A stretch of DNA of 39,442 nucleotides from an uncultured Methanosarcinales archaeon (GTDB lineage Archaea > Nanobdellota > Nanobdellia > Woesearchaeales > CAYSVS01), in assembly GCA_964589485.1 (NCBI GenBank), contig CAZPRK010000007.1, forward strand, positions 1 to 39,442, given 5' to 3'. Position numbers and translations under genes: made by a program. Shown piece by piece: positions 19,355-28,196 of the stretch; position 1 is the first letter of the stretch, and each line of letters starts with the position of its first letter. Below the pieces are notes generated by a model, which saw nothing but the letters and a program-made list of their open reading frames with translations, made no database searches and was not told the origin of the DNA.

Positions 19355-20203
19355 ATGAAACAAAATCTAAAAGTAAGCATTATAGGTTTACTAGGTAATT
19401 CATTTTTATTTGTTATAAAATTAATAGTAGGAATATTAAGTAACAGTATTGCTTTACTTTCAGACGCATTTCATTCTTTATCAGATACAATAGCTTCAAT
19501 TGCTGTTTTAGTAAGTGTTCATGTTTCTGCACAAAAACCAGATCACAATCATCATTTTGGTCATAGTAGGGCTCAACCTTTAGCTGGACTTATTTTTGCA
19601 ATTTTTGCAGCAGTTATTGGGTTTGAAGCAATATTATTGGCAATTAAAAAATTCTTTGTAAATACTGAAGTTACTCTTCATTATTATGCAATGCTAGTCA
19701 TGGTTATTTCAATAATAATTAAATTTAGTTTATATATTTATTTTAAAACCCATGCACATGGAAATCCTGCAATTAAAGCAAGTGCAATAGATTCAAGAAA
19801 TGATATTCTATTAAATTTAGTTGTTTTAATAGCAATAATATCAAGTTATTTCAAAATACCATATATTGATCAAGCAATAGGTTTAATCATTGGTATTATT
19901 ATTATAAAATCAGGAATTCATATTGGATTAGAAAACATTGGATTTTTAATGGGTGAAGCTCCAGATAAGAAAACAATGCAAAAAATACATTCTAAATTAG
20001 CAAAGTTAAGAATACCTAGAATCAAAGGATATAGAAATCTAAAAGCACATTACATTGGTCCTTTCTTACATATTGCCTTGGAGATTGTTGTGAATAAAAA
20101 TATGACAACTAAAACAAGTCATAATTTAAGTGAGAAAGTAGAAGAAGAATTAGAGAAATTTAATTTTGTTGAACAAGTATTTGTTCATGTTGATTTTGAG
20201 TGA
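19355..20203 (+). CDS. cation diffusion facilitator (FieF/CzcD-like)
   Basis: SIALLSDAFHSLSD, PDHNHHFGHSR, AIDSRND, C-terminal VFVHVD. Confidence 0.93.
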   Translation: MKQNLKVSIIGLLGNSFLFVIKLIVGILSNSIALLSDAFHSLSDTIASIAVLVSVHVSAQKPDHNHHFGHSRAQPLAGLIFAIFAAVIGFEAILLAIKKFFVNTEVTLHYYAMLVMVISIIIKFSLYIYFKTHAHGNPAIKASAIDSRNDILLNLVVLIAIISSYFKIPYIDQAIGLIIGIIIIKSGIHIGLENIGFLMGEAPDKKTMQKIHSKLAKLRIPRIKGYRNLKAHYIGPFLHIALEIVVNKNMTTKTSHNLSEKVEEELEKFNFVEQVFVHVDFE

Positions 20204-20784
20204 AGATAAGCGTCAACTTCTTGTTTTGCATAAGATAAATTCAGAAGATTTCTATCTAAAACTTCAGGTGTTTTATCATTATCAAATTTAACTCCTACAC
20301 CTCCTTCTTCTAAATAAAAATATTCAATTCTTTCAAAATTATCATTACCTGAAAGATCATGAGTTATTTCGAGTTTTTGCTCTTGTCCAGATCTACTATA
20401 ACTTATTTTAAGTCCAATCGTACTTGCATTATGAATTGATCCATACCTTTCTTGTAAAAAAAAAAGCAATTCATTGTATCTATAACTTCTGTCCACACTT
20501 GCTGAAAAATCACTAGATACATTAAATAATTTTTTATGAGAAGGTAATTTTTCAACTAAAAACCTATTTTTAATACTTATTTCATCAAGAACATGATGAA
20601 TTCCTTTAGAGTATAAATATATAAAAGATTGATTAATGTCAGAATCACCTTCTTCAGTAATTGTTATAACATCTCCAGTTTCTAATAAATTATCTAAACT
20701 TTTTCTTAACATAAAATTAAAATAAACTAAGTATATATTTAAAGATTATTGTAATTGATAAGTATTTGTTCATGTTGATTTTGA
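20175..20784. repeat. 25-bp perfect direct repeat (20175-20199 and 20760-20784)
   Basis: AAGTATTTGTTCATGTTGATTTTGA occurs twice, 585 bp apart. Confidence 0.9.
20185..20712 (-). CDS. hypothetical protein, tandem paralog A
   Basis: Similar to 20770-21252 (SLDNLLETGDVI / SLDSLIREGDVI; FIYLY / FVYLG; both end SKST). Confidence 0.7.
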   Translation of the reverse strand: MLRKSLDNLLETGDVITITEEGDSDINQSFIYLYSKGIHHVLDEISIKNRFLVEKLPSHKKLFNVSSDFSASVDRSYRYNELLFFLQERYGSIHNASTIGLKISYSRSGQEQKLEITHDLSGNDNFERIEYFYLEEGGVGVKFDNDKTPEVLDRNLLNLSYAKQEVDAYLHSKST

Positions 20785-21252
20785 ATAATCATTTGCTATT
20801 TGTTGCGCTGTTTTAAAATCTCCAGAATGACCAATTAGAGTTTCATTTTTACCTTTTTTCAAAATAACTTCAACATGTAGACTATAAACTTCATACTCAA
20901 CTTTCTTTTCACCAAGTTCTTGTTTAATTCTTAATTTAAATGGTTCGCCAATATTTGGTTCAAAACCTATATCAAGTTTTGAGTCAACTGCCTGAACAAT
21001 AGTTTCATAATTATCATGTAAAAAACCTAATATTGAAGTATAAATTTTACTCCCAAATTCAATTTGTCCACTTGCCAGAGGCATACTAAATAATGTCTCA
21101 GATTCAGATAAATCAACAGCATACCTTTTTTTATCTTTTAAGTAATCAACAATATATTTTCCAGATCGTCTTCCTAAATAAACAAATAGTTCATCTTCTG
21201 TACGAATAACATCTCCTTCTCTAATCAAGGAATCTAAACTTTCTTTTTGCAT
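20770..21252 (-). CDS. hypothetical protein, tandem paralog B
   Basis: Similarity to paralog A; shared upstream promoter-like repeat. Confidence 0.7.
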   Translation of the reverse strand: MQKESLDSLIREGDVIRTEDELFVYLGRRSGKYIVDYLKDKKRYAVDLSESETLFSMPLASGQIEFGSKIYTSILGFLHDNYETIVQAVDSKLDIGFEPNIGEPFKLRIKQELGEKKVEYEVYSLHVEVILKKGKNETLIGHSGDFKTAQQIANDYSKST

Positions 21253-21304
21253 TAGAACTCGATTATTTAAGATATATTTAAAGATTATTATGTTTGATAA
21301 GTAT

Positions 21305-21829
21305 TTAGTTTGAATGAAAAACTTTTATTGCTTTACAATTATATTTTTTAAACAGAATTTCTGTTTTATTATTATTCTCAGCCCCAAGTAACCCTAAACC
21401 TATTATCTTTCCACCTTGCTTTTCAATTAACTTTATAGCTGCTTTCATTTGACCACCAGTTTCCATCCAGTCATCAACAATTAAAACTTGATCTTCTTTT
21501 TTAATTTCACCTTTATTCATCTCAAAAGCTTTTTTATTTTGTGAATAATCAATAAAACTTTCTCTTATAAGACTTTCTTTGTACCCTGGAAGTCTTCCTT
21601 CTTTTCTTACTGGAACAAACCTTATTTTTAATTTATGGGCTAAAGCTCCCCCTATGATAAAACCTACTGCATCTAACCCAGTAATAACATCAAATTTACA
21701 ATTATTGAATAATTTTTCTATATCATTTATTAAGTTAGAAAAAGCTTCAGGGTGATTAAATAAAGGTGTAACATCGTATTTTAACCTAGTATCTTTCTTA
21801 ATTAGTTTATCATAATATGAATAATCCAT
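21305..21829 (-). CDS. apt: adenine phosphoribosyltransferase / type I PRTase
   Basis: DVTPLF, GLDAVGFIIG, VPVRKEGRLP, PRPP loop VLIVDDWMETGG. Confidence 0.8.
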   Translation of the reverse strand: MDYSYYDKLIKKDTRLKYDVTPLFNHPEAFSNLINDIEKLFNNCKFDVITGLDAVGFIIGGALAHKLKIRFVPVRKEGRLPGYKESLIRESFIDYSQNKKAFEMNKGEIKKEDQVLIVDDWMETGGQMKAAIKLIEKQGGKIIGLGLLGAENNNKTEILFKKYNCKAIKVFHSN

Positions 21830-21860
21830 TTTTATTTAAAAAAAGTTTGATTATATAAAA

Positions 21861-23042
21861 TTATTTATTTAACTCAATAACTTTCTTAACTTCTTCAACA
21901 AATAATTTAGCTTCTTCTTCAGTGTTGTATAAATACAATGAAGCTCTAACACTTCCTGGCAAATTACGTTTATTAAACCAACTATGGCAACAGTGTGCTC
22001 CACTTCGTGTCATAATATTAGCACTTTTATCTAATATTCTAGAAACATGATGAGGATCCATCCCTTTAATATTGAAAGAAAATATTCCCCCTCTTAATGC
22101 TGGATCTTTTGGACCAATTAATTCTACTTCAGGTAAACCATCTGTAATAATTTTATTAAGTTTTATTTCATGTTTATTTATTTTATTCAACCCAACTTTT
22201 CTTAAATATTTACAAGCTTCACCTAATGCAATTATCCCAGCATAATCTTGTAAACCCGCTTCAAATTTCATAGGTAAACCTTCTTCCTTATAATCAGAAT
22301 AAGTAGAATCTATTACAGTTTCACCTCCAACAATAAATTGGGGTAACTTTTCTAATAACTCTTCTTTTCCATATAAAACACCAGTTCCAGTAGGCCCCAA
22401 CATTTTATGTCCTGAAAAACATAAATAGTCAACATCTAATGTTTTTACATCAACTACTTTATGTGGAACTGCTTGTGCTGCATCTACTAAAACTTTAACA
22501 CCTTTAGAATGTGCAAATTCAACAATTTCTTTAATTGGATTAGTAACGCCATCTAAATTAGATGTATAAACTATTGAAACTAATTTGGTTTTTTCAGTAA
22601 AAGCTTTCTTGAAATTATCCATATTAAAAGTATTATCTTCGTTACTATCAACTACAATTACTTTAACTCCCTTCTTAATCCAAGGAATTAAATTAGAATT
22701 ATGTTCTTTATCACTAATAATTACTTCATCTCCTTTATTAAATGAATTAGCAACTATATTGATTCCTTCAGTTGTATTTCTTGTAAAAATAATTTCTTTT
22801 TCACTTTTAGCATTGATTAACTTTTTAACTTGATTTCTCGCATTTAAAACTTCTTCTTCAACTTTTGTTGCAAATTGATGTGCACTTCTTCCTGCACATG
22901 CTGGATATTCATAATAATATTCATTTAATTTATCTATAACTTGCCTTGGTTTTAATGACATACAAGCAGAATCAAAATATATTCCTTTTTTAATTGAAGG
23001 AAAATCCTCCCTTACTTTATTAAAGTCAACTCCAAAAATCAT
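21861..23042 (-). CDS. sufS: cysteine desulfurase, SufS/class V aminotransferase
   Basis: YFDSA, FTRNTTEGIN, EHNSN, VDAAQ, FSGHKMLGPTGTG, RSGAHC, RASLYLYN. Confidence 0.9.
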   Translation of the reverse strand: MIFGVDFNKVREDFPSIKKGIYFDSACMSLKPRQVIDKLNEYYYEYPACAGRSAHQFATKVEEEVLNARNQVKKLINAKSEKEIIFTRNTTEGINIVANSFNKGDEVIISDKEHNSNLIPWIKKGVKVIVVDSNEDNTFNMDNFKKAFTEKTKLVSIVYTSNLDGVTNPIKEIVEFAHSKGVKVLVDAAQAVPHKVVDVKTLDVDYLCFSGHKMLGPTGTGVLYGKEELLEKLPQFIVGGETVIDSTYSDYKEEGLPMKFEAGLQDYAGIIALGEACKYLRKVGLNKINKHEIKLNKIITDGLPEVELIGPKDPALRGGIFSFNIKGMDPHHVSRILDKSANIMTRSGAHCCHSWFNKRNLPGSVRASLYLYNTEEEAKLFVEEVKKVIELNK

Positions 23043-23944
23043 TTTTTCAACTCCTTGTTAATTATTTTCTTAAAAGTTTTGAATGGTTTTGGCCCTACTA
23101 TCTTTTGATCACCAATAAAAAAAGTAGGTGTTCCTGGAACTCCCGCCTTTCTTCCCATTAAAGAATCTTCATCAACTTCAGTATAATCTTGTTTACTGAA
23201 ACATTCCCAAAATTGAGTTTCATTCAAGCCAATATTTTTTGCAATTTGTTTATATGTGTCATTTCCTAAAAATTTTTGATAAGTAAATAATTGTTTATGG
23301 TATTCATGATACATTCCTTGCTCAAATGCACAATTAGAAGCTAGTGCAGATTCTCTACTTCCATTATGCCATGGTATTAAAAAAGTTTTAAACTGAAAAT
23401 TAACCCTTCCTTCATAATAATCTATAACTTCTTGAACTATTGGTTCAGCCTTTTTTGTATAAGGGCAAGCAAAACATCCAAATTGAATTATTGTTAATTC
23501 TGCATCTTTTGGTCCTAGTATTGGATCATTATTTTCTAATTTAGGTGGTTCTCTTTCTGATTCAGGAATAGTTTCAACTTCACTTGCTCCAGTACCTGGG
23601 TCAAAAATACAAAACCCTACTTCATCAGGAGTATTACAATTACCATACTGAGAATAATTATACAAACCAATCGCACTTCCATATGCACTCCAAATAAATA
23701 AAAACATCACAATCCAAGATAATAGTTTATAATTTTTATATGTAAACCTTGCTAACTTAGGTGAATATCTTAAAAAAATTCCAGTAATATCTGCTTTAAT
23801 TTTATCATCTAAACCAGAATTACATTTTCTTAATGTAATTGTTTTAAATAAACAATCTAATGCATCTTTAGTTAATTTTCTATACTTAACACTAAAAATA
23901 CCAAAAAATGCAAATATTGGAATTGCCAACAAACATAACGCCAT
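23039..23944 (-). CDS. membrane-anchored DsbA/Thioredoxin_4-like oxidoreductase
   Basis: DPILGPKDAELTIIQFGCFACPYT, GVPGTPTFFIG (cis-Pro loop); N-terminal TM region with extra Cys. Confidence 0.82.
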   Translation of the reverse strand: MALCLLAIPIFAFFGIFSVKYRKLTKDALDCLFKTITLRKCNSGLDDKIKADITGIFLRYSPKLARFTYKNYKLLSWIVMFLFIWSAYGSAIGLYNYSQYGNCNTPDEVGFCIFDPGTGASEVETIPESEREPPKLENNDPILGPKDAELTIIQFGCFACPYTKKAEPIVQEVIDYYEGRVNFQFKTFLIPWHNGSRESALASNCAFEQGMYHEYHKQLFTYQKFLGNDTYKQIAKNIGLNETQFWECFSKQDYTEVDEDSLMGRKAGVPGTPTFFIGDQKIVGPKPFKTFKKIINKELKK

Positions 23945-23976
23945 TTTAATTCAGCATTCCCTTTGACATTATAAAT

Positions 23977-24639
23977 TTATTCATTTACTTTTTCCTCTGA
24001 AATTATTTTTGCACTATAAGGATCATGTATACTTGCAACTATTACATCTTTGCTAGTAACATCCGAATCATATTTAACTATCATTTTACTTCCTTCTTGA
24101 CTAACTTCTTTAACTCCTAATATACTTTTGACATCATACTGAATAGCTGGCCCACATGAACCACAAAAAACACCTTCAATTTCTAAATGTAATATTTTCA
24201 TTCCTTCTTTTTCAGGAATAACTTTAATTTTTTTCATTTCTGGCATTCCATGACTTTCTGCCATTTCAATTATATTCCCTAACGGTTTTTGATTTACTTC
24301 CAAACTACCATATACTGAAGCTGCAATTGGTGCTATAATTAAATAATTTAAAAAAGCCCATACTCCAAACATAAAAACAATTGTCAAAAATATACTTTTC
24401 CAATTTTTACTAATAGAATTTACATTACATCTTCCTGACTTTCTTTTAACTATGTAAAGTATTATTAATAACATTAAAACAGTCCCAGAAACAATACTTA
24501 CCAAATGAAAATTGTGCATTACAGTCATACTTAATGCAGTTCCAAAGCCAAGCAAAACTAAAACAATTGGGGCAATGCAACAAGTTGTTGCTATAAACCC
24601 TCCAACAAAACTGCCTAAAAAATAATCTTTTAGTCCCAT
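23977..24639 (-). CDS. MerT-like membrane domain fused to a heavy-metal-associated (HMA) domain
   Basis: ATTCCIAP in TM1, three TM helices, C-terminal IEGVFCGSC; start placed at ATG 24639 (MGLKDY), which overlaps the upstream gene end. Confidence 0.78.
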   Translation of the reverse strand: MGLKDYFLGSFVGGFIATTCCIAPIVLVLLGFGTALSMTVMHNFHLVSIVSGTVLMLLIILYIVKRKSGRCNVNSISKNWKSIFLTIVFMFGVWAFLNYLIIAPIAASVYGSLEVNQKPLGNIIEMAESHGMPEMKKIKVIPEKEGMKILHLEIEGVFCGSCGPAIQYDVKSILGVKEVSQEGSKMIVKYDSDVTSKDVIVASIHDPYSAKIISEEKVNE

Positions 24640-24839
24640 AATTTCCAACCTGTAAAAGCAACTGCTAATCCAATTATTCCAATAATCCATCCCCAAGTTG
24701 CATACATTCCATGGTTACTATGCATATTCATTCCTTCATGTCCTAATAAACCCATATGAACTTGATGTGGCAGTAAAGCAAACACTATTCCTAAAACTCC
24801 AAAAATTAAACCAATCTTCATTAAATTTTGATTTTTCAT
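24630..24839 (-). CDS. small His/Met-rich two-TM membrane protein
   Basis: TM-PHQVHMGLLGHEGMNMHSNHGM-TM; SD AGGTGA upstream. Confidence 0.75.
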   Translation of the reverse strand: MKNQNLMKIGLIFGVLGIVFALLPHQVHMGLLGHEGMNMHSNHGMYATWGWIIGIIGLAVAFTGWKLWD

Positions 24840-24884
24840 TTTATCACCTGTTTAAAAAACAAGTATAACTTATTTATAAATAAA
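24835..24884 (-). promoter_or_regulatory. duplicated promoter plus SD block, copy 1
   Basis: Near-identical to 26002-26050; contains palindrome TTATTTATAAATAA and SD AGGTGA. Confidence 0.8.
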
Positions 24885-24903
24885 CTAGAAAAATAGTGAA
24901 AAT

Positions 24904-25536
24904 TTAGTGAAATAGGTGAGAATCTTTATCAAAAAATAAAGAAACTCGTATAATAATCGTTACCATCCCAATAATAAAAGCAATCAAACTAGGAGGAGGA
25001 TATATTGGAAATAAAGCTTTAAACCAATCTGTCCAAAGTATTGAAGACTTTATTGCAAAATGTAATAATCCTATAATTAAAGCAATGTGTCCAAGTCTCA
25101 TTACTTTTCTCCATGTAAAAACATTTAACTTACTTCTTATATAGTTATGTGATGCAACTGCTACAATAACAAAAGTAAATGTACTAGCTAAAGCAAAAAT
25201 AAAAGGAACAATTGTTTCACTTTGCAAAAAATAAATAGGAAAAGGATACCTATTTTGCATGAGTAATATTATTGCTCCATGTATTAAGACAAAGTAAAAA
25301 CCAATTAAACCTAAATATTTTCTATATATTATAAAAGAGTTTAGACCCCTAACATAATAAGCAAAACTTCTTATTCCCATGCTAATTGAAATTAAAATTA
25401 CTGAAGTATTTGCAAATATTTTATTCCAAATGTATAAATCATGTTTTTGATAGAATGAAATTGTATAAACCCAAAAAATAACTAAAAGAAAAAAAGAAAA
25501 AACAGTTGACTCTATCCAAAGTTTATTTTCTTTCAT
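24904..25536 (-). CDS. ferric reductase-like (MsrQ/YedZ-type) heme membrane protein
   Basis: YRKYLGLIGFYFVLIHG, ASHN..WRKVMRLGH..LLHF; about six TM segments. Confidence 0.72.
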   Translation of the reverse strand: MKENKLWIESTVFSFFLLVIFWVYTISFYQKHDLYIWNKIFANTSVILISISMGIRSFAYYVRGLNSFIIYRKYLGLIGFYFVLIHGAIILLMQNRYPFPIYFLQSETIVPFIFALASTFTFVIVAVASHNYIRSKLNVFTWRKVMRLGHIALIIGLLHFAIKSSILWTDWFKALFPIYPPPSLIAFIIGMVTIIIRVSLFFDKDSHLFH

Positions 25537-26006
25537 CTTGCAACTGAAGTAACTTTAGCCATAGCCATTATATTTTTTCCATTAACTGTATAATCTCTAT
25601 GGTTATTGCTATTTAGAGTTACCATTAAAGTATGTTCTCCTGGATCTAATTCAGGAACATGGAACCAGTTACTATATAATCTAGTCATTTTATGTCCATT
25701 CAAATATAAATGTGCATGACCTTTACCAGGAACATGGTCTTTACTTGCTCCTTCTGGTGCAAACGCAAAATTAGTTGTAATAATCTCTAAATTCCATCCA
25801 GACATTGGATCTTCGTGAACTACTAACTTTACTGAAGGAATATTTTCAGTAACTTCCATCGGTCCATGGTGTGTATCACTATGACCTTGCATCATATGTC
25901 CTTCATGGTTATCAGTAGATTCTGCAGAGAAATTAATTAAACTCCCTATAAAAAATCCAACTACTAAAAAAATAATTGATGCAAGAACTGTATTTTTATT
26001 CTTCAT
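25533..26006 (-). CDS. exported His-rich putative metal-binding protein
   Basis: N-terminal TM/signal, HEGHMMQGHSDTHH, GKGHAHLYLNG, GEHTLMVTLNSNNH. Confidence 0.75.
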   Translation of the reverse strand: MKNKNTVLASIIFLVVGFFIGSLINFSAESTDNHEGHMMQGHSDTHHGPMEVTENIPSVKLVVHEDPMSGWNLEIITTNFAFAPEGASKDHVPGKGHAHLYLNGHKMTRLYSNWFHVPELDPGEHTLMVTLNSNNHRDYTVNGKNIMAMAKVTSVAR

Positions 26007-26050
26007 TTTATCACCTGTTTAAAAAAAAGTATAACTTATTTATAAATAAA
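26002..26050 (-). promoter_or_regulatory. duplicated promoter plus SD block, copy 2
   Basis: Near-identical to 24835-24884. Confidence 0.8.
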
Positions 26051-26079
26051 ATAGAATTAAAGGGAAAAAATAGTGAAAA

Positions 26080-27015
26080 CTATGAACAATCTTTCATCTT
26101 ATCAACGTATTGTTTTAACTTTTTTTTCAAAGCATCTTTATCTTCATAACTTAGTTTATCAACTTCTTTATCCCAATCTACTTTTGGCAGTTTAGTTAAA
26201 CTAAATTCATAGTTAAAACCTGCATCCTGTATTTGCTTTTCTATAAATTTACTTTCTTCAGAATTAAATTTTTTTATTACTGGGAACTTAGTTATTTGGT
26301 CCGCACCTGATTCTAATATAAACTTAGTATATCCTGGATTTTTTGGTGTAAGACCAGCAATAACTTTCAATTCAGGAAAAGTATCTTTTGTTTGTTTTAT
26401 CCACCAAGCATAATATTCTTCGTTTGGACTTTCGGTAAAAGGTGTTCCTTGAACTGGCTTTAATGCATAAAAAGTTATTCTAGTTAGTTTATGTTCTTTA
26501 ATGAATTTCACTAAAGTTGGAAAATCTTCCTTTGTTTCACCTAAACCTATTACAATTGTCATTGCAGTTTTTAATCCTAGATCTAATGAATTCATCAGCA
26601 TTTTAGAGTAAGGTAATAAAGGCTTACCAGGACAAACATCTTTTTGTACTTGTTCATTTACAGTTTCACATGACGCATATACTCCTTCAACATAAGGCAT
26701 TAATTTTTCAATTTGTTTTTTTCCTAAAACTCCTAAATTAACCCATAATTTTTCTCCATAAACTTCATAAACATATTTTGCAATTTCAACTATTTCATCA
26801 AATTCAAAAATACCATATCCACCTGTAAGAAACTCATTATGTAATCCTAAGTGTTTACCAATAATAGCTTCACATAAAACACTTTCAACTGTTCTTTTAG
26901 CTGTTTTTGCATGTTTTATCTTATGCTTAGTTGTACTTCTGAAACAAAATGTACATGTTCCCAGTTCACAATACCAAGATAAAAATATACACCTGCTAAA
27001 TCCAATTGTTTTCAT
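26080..27015 (-). CDS. radical SAM protein, biotin synthase-related, with CX4CX2C motif
   Basis: SWYCELGTCTFC, FLTGG, CETVN, IVIGLGET, YALKPVQGTPF. Confidence 0.8.
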   Translation of the reverse strand: MKTIGFSRCIFLSWYCELGTCTFCFRSTTKHKIKHAKTAKRTVESVLCEAIIGKHLGLHNEFLTGGYGIFEFDEIVEIAKYVYEVYGEKLWVNLGVLGKKQIEKLMPYVEGVYASCETVNEQVQKDVCPGKPLLPYSKMLMNSLDLGLKTAMTIVIGLGETKEDFPTLVKFIKEHKLTRITFYALKPVQGTPFTESPNEEYYAWWIKQTKDTFPELKVIAGLTPKNPGYTKFILESGADQITKFPVIKKFNSEESKFIEKQIQDAGFNYEFSLTKLPKVDWDKEVDKLSYEDKDALKKKLKQYVDKMKDCS

Positions 27016-27116
27016 ATTTTGCTTAGAAAAGAGAATAGTTTAAAAAAGTATCTTTAAAATAAATGAATTAAGCAATAAAGCCATATTTTAAATAAAACCA
27101 AATACTTAGTAATTTA

Positions 27117-27857
27117 ATGTTAGATGAAATGTCAAAAAACATTACTTTAATATCAATATTCCTATTTTTAATAATTATTGAAAAAACAATTCCTTTCTTT
27201 AAGTTTAAAAATCAGTTCAAACATAATATTACAAACATTTCTTTATTTATAATAAACTCAATAATTGTAAAAATATTTTTATTTAGTTTAATTTTATTTG
27301 CTACAAAAAATAAGGTAGGTTTTTTCTATACTTATATGATTAGTTATCAATTGTTAATTTCTTTAATTTTACTAGACTTAATAACTTTCTGGTTACATGT
27401 TGCATATCATAAAGTTCCATTTATGTGGAAATTACATAAATTACACCACTCAGATAATGAAATGAACGTAACAACTTCATTTAGATTTCATATAGGTGAA
27501 CTAGCTTTTAGCATTATTATAAAATCAATAGTTATAGTATTTTTAGGTATTAAACTTGAACATTTCTTACTTTATGAAACTTTATTTTTAACTAATGTAA
27601 TGTTTCAGCACTCTAATTTATCAATAGGTAAATTTGACAAAGTATATAGATTCATATTCACTTCTCCAGATATGCACAAAGTACATCATTCGAATATTCA
27701 AGAAGAAACTGATTCAAATTACACTAGTTTATTATCAGTATGGGATAGAATTTTCAAAACCTATAAAGAAAATAACCCTAAGAAAATAGTTTTCGGAGTC
27801 AGAGGTTTAGAAAATGAACAAACTCTTAAAAAAATGTTACTAACTCCTTTAAAGTAA
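27117..27857 (+). CDS. sterol desaturase / fatty acid hydroxylase family protein
   Basis: His boxes HVAYH, HKLHHSD, FRFH, FQHSN, HKVHHS; SNY..WDRIFKTY. Confidence 0.9.
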   Translation: MLDEMSKNITLISIFLFLIIIEKTIPFFKFKNQFKHNITNISLFIINSIIVKIFLFSLILFATKNKVGFFYTYMISYQLLISLILLDLITFWLHVAYHKVPFMWKLHKLHHSDNEMNVTTSFRFHIGELAFSIIIKSIVIVFLGIKLEHFLLYETLFLTNVMFQHSNLSIGKFDKVYRFIFTSPDMHKVHHSNIQEETDSNYTSLLSVWDRIFKTYKENNPKKIVFGVRGLENEQTLKKMLLTPLK

Positions 27858-28196
27858 TTTAATAATAAGCATATCAGCTTCACACATCTCATACTTACTA
27901 AAATCTTCAACCCAAGCATAATCTTTAATATCTAATTTTTGTATTTCTCCTTTCATTATACATTTAAAAGCAATTAATTGAATATTTTTATATTCAGAAA
28001 CAGCTAATTGTTCATGAACTTCAATGTCAACTCCTAACTCTTCTTTAATTTCCCTAACTAAACATTCTTCATTACTTTCATTTTCAACTTTCCCACCAGG
28101 AAATTCCCACCTTCCAGCATTACTTCGTCCATCATTTGGACGTTGAGTTATTAAGAACTTATTTTCTTTTTTAATTATTGCGCATGTGACTATCAT
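27849..28196 (-). CDS. NUDIX hydrolase, MutT/NudG-like
   Basis: WEFPGGKVE...ECLVREIKEELG Nudix box. Confidence 0.9.
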   Translation of the reverse strand: MIVTCAIIKKENKFLITQRPNDGRSNAGRWEFPGGKVENESNEECLVREIKEELGVDIEVHEQLAVSEYKNIQLIAFKCIMKGEIQKLDIKDYAWVEDFSKYEMCEADMLIIKLL

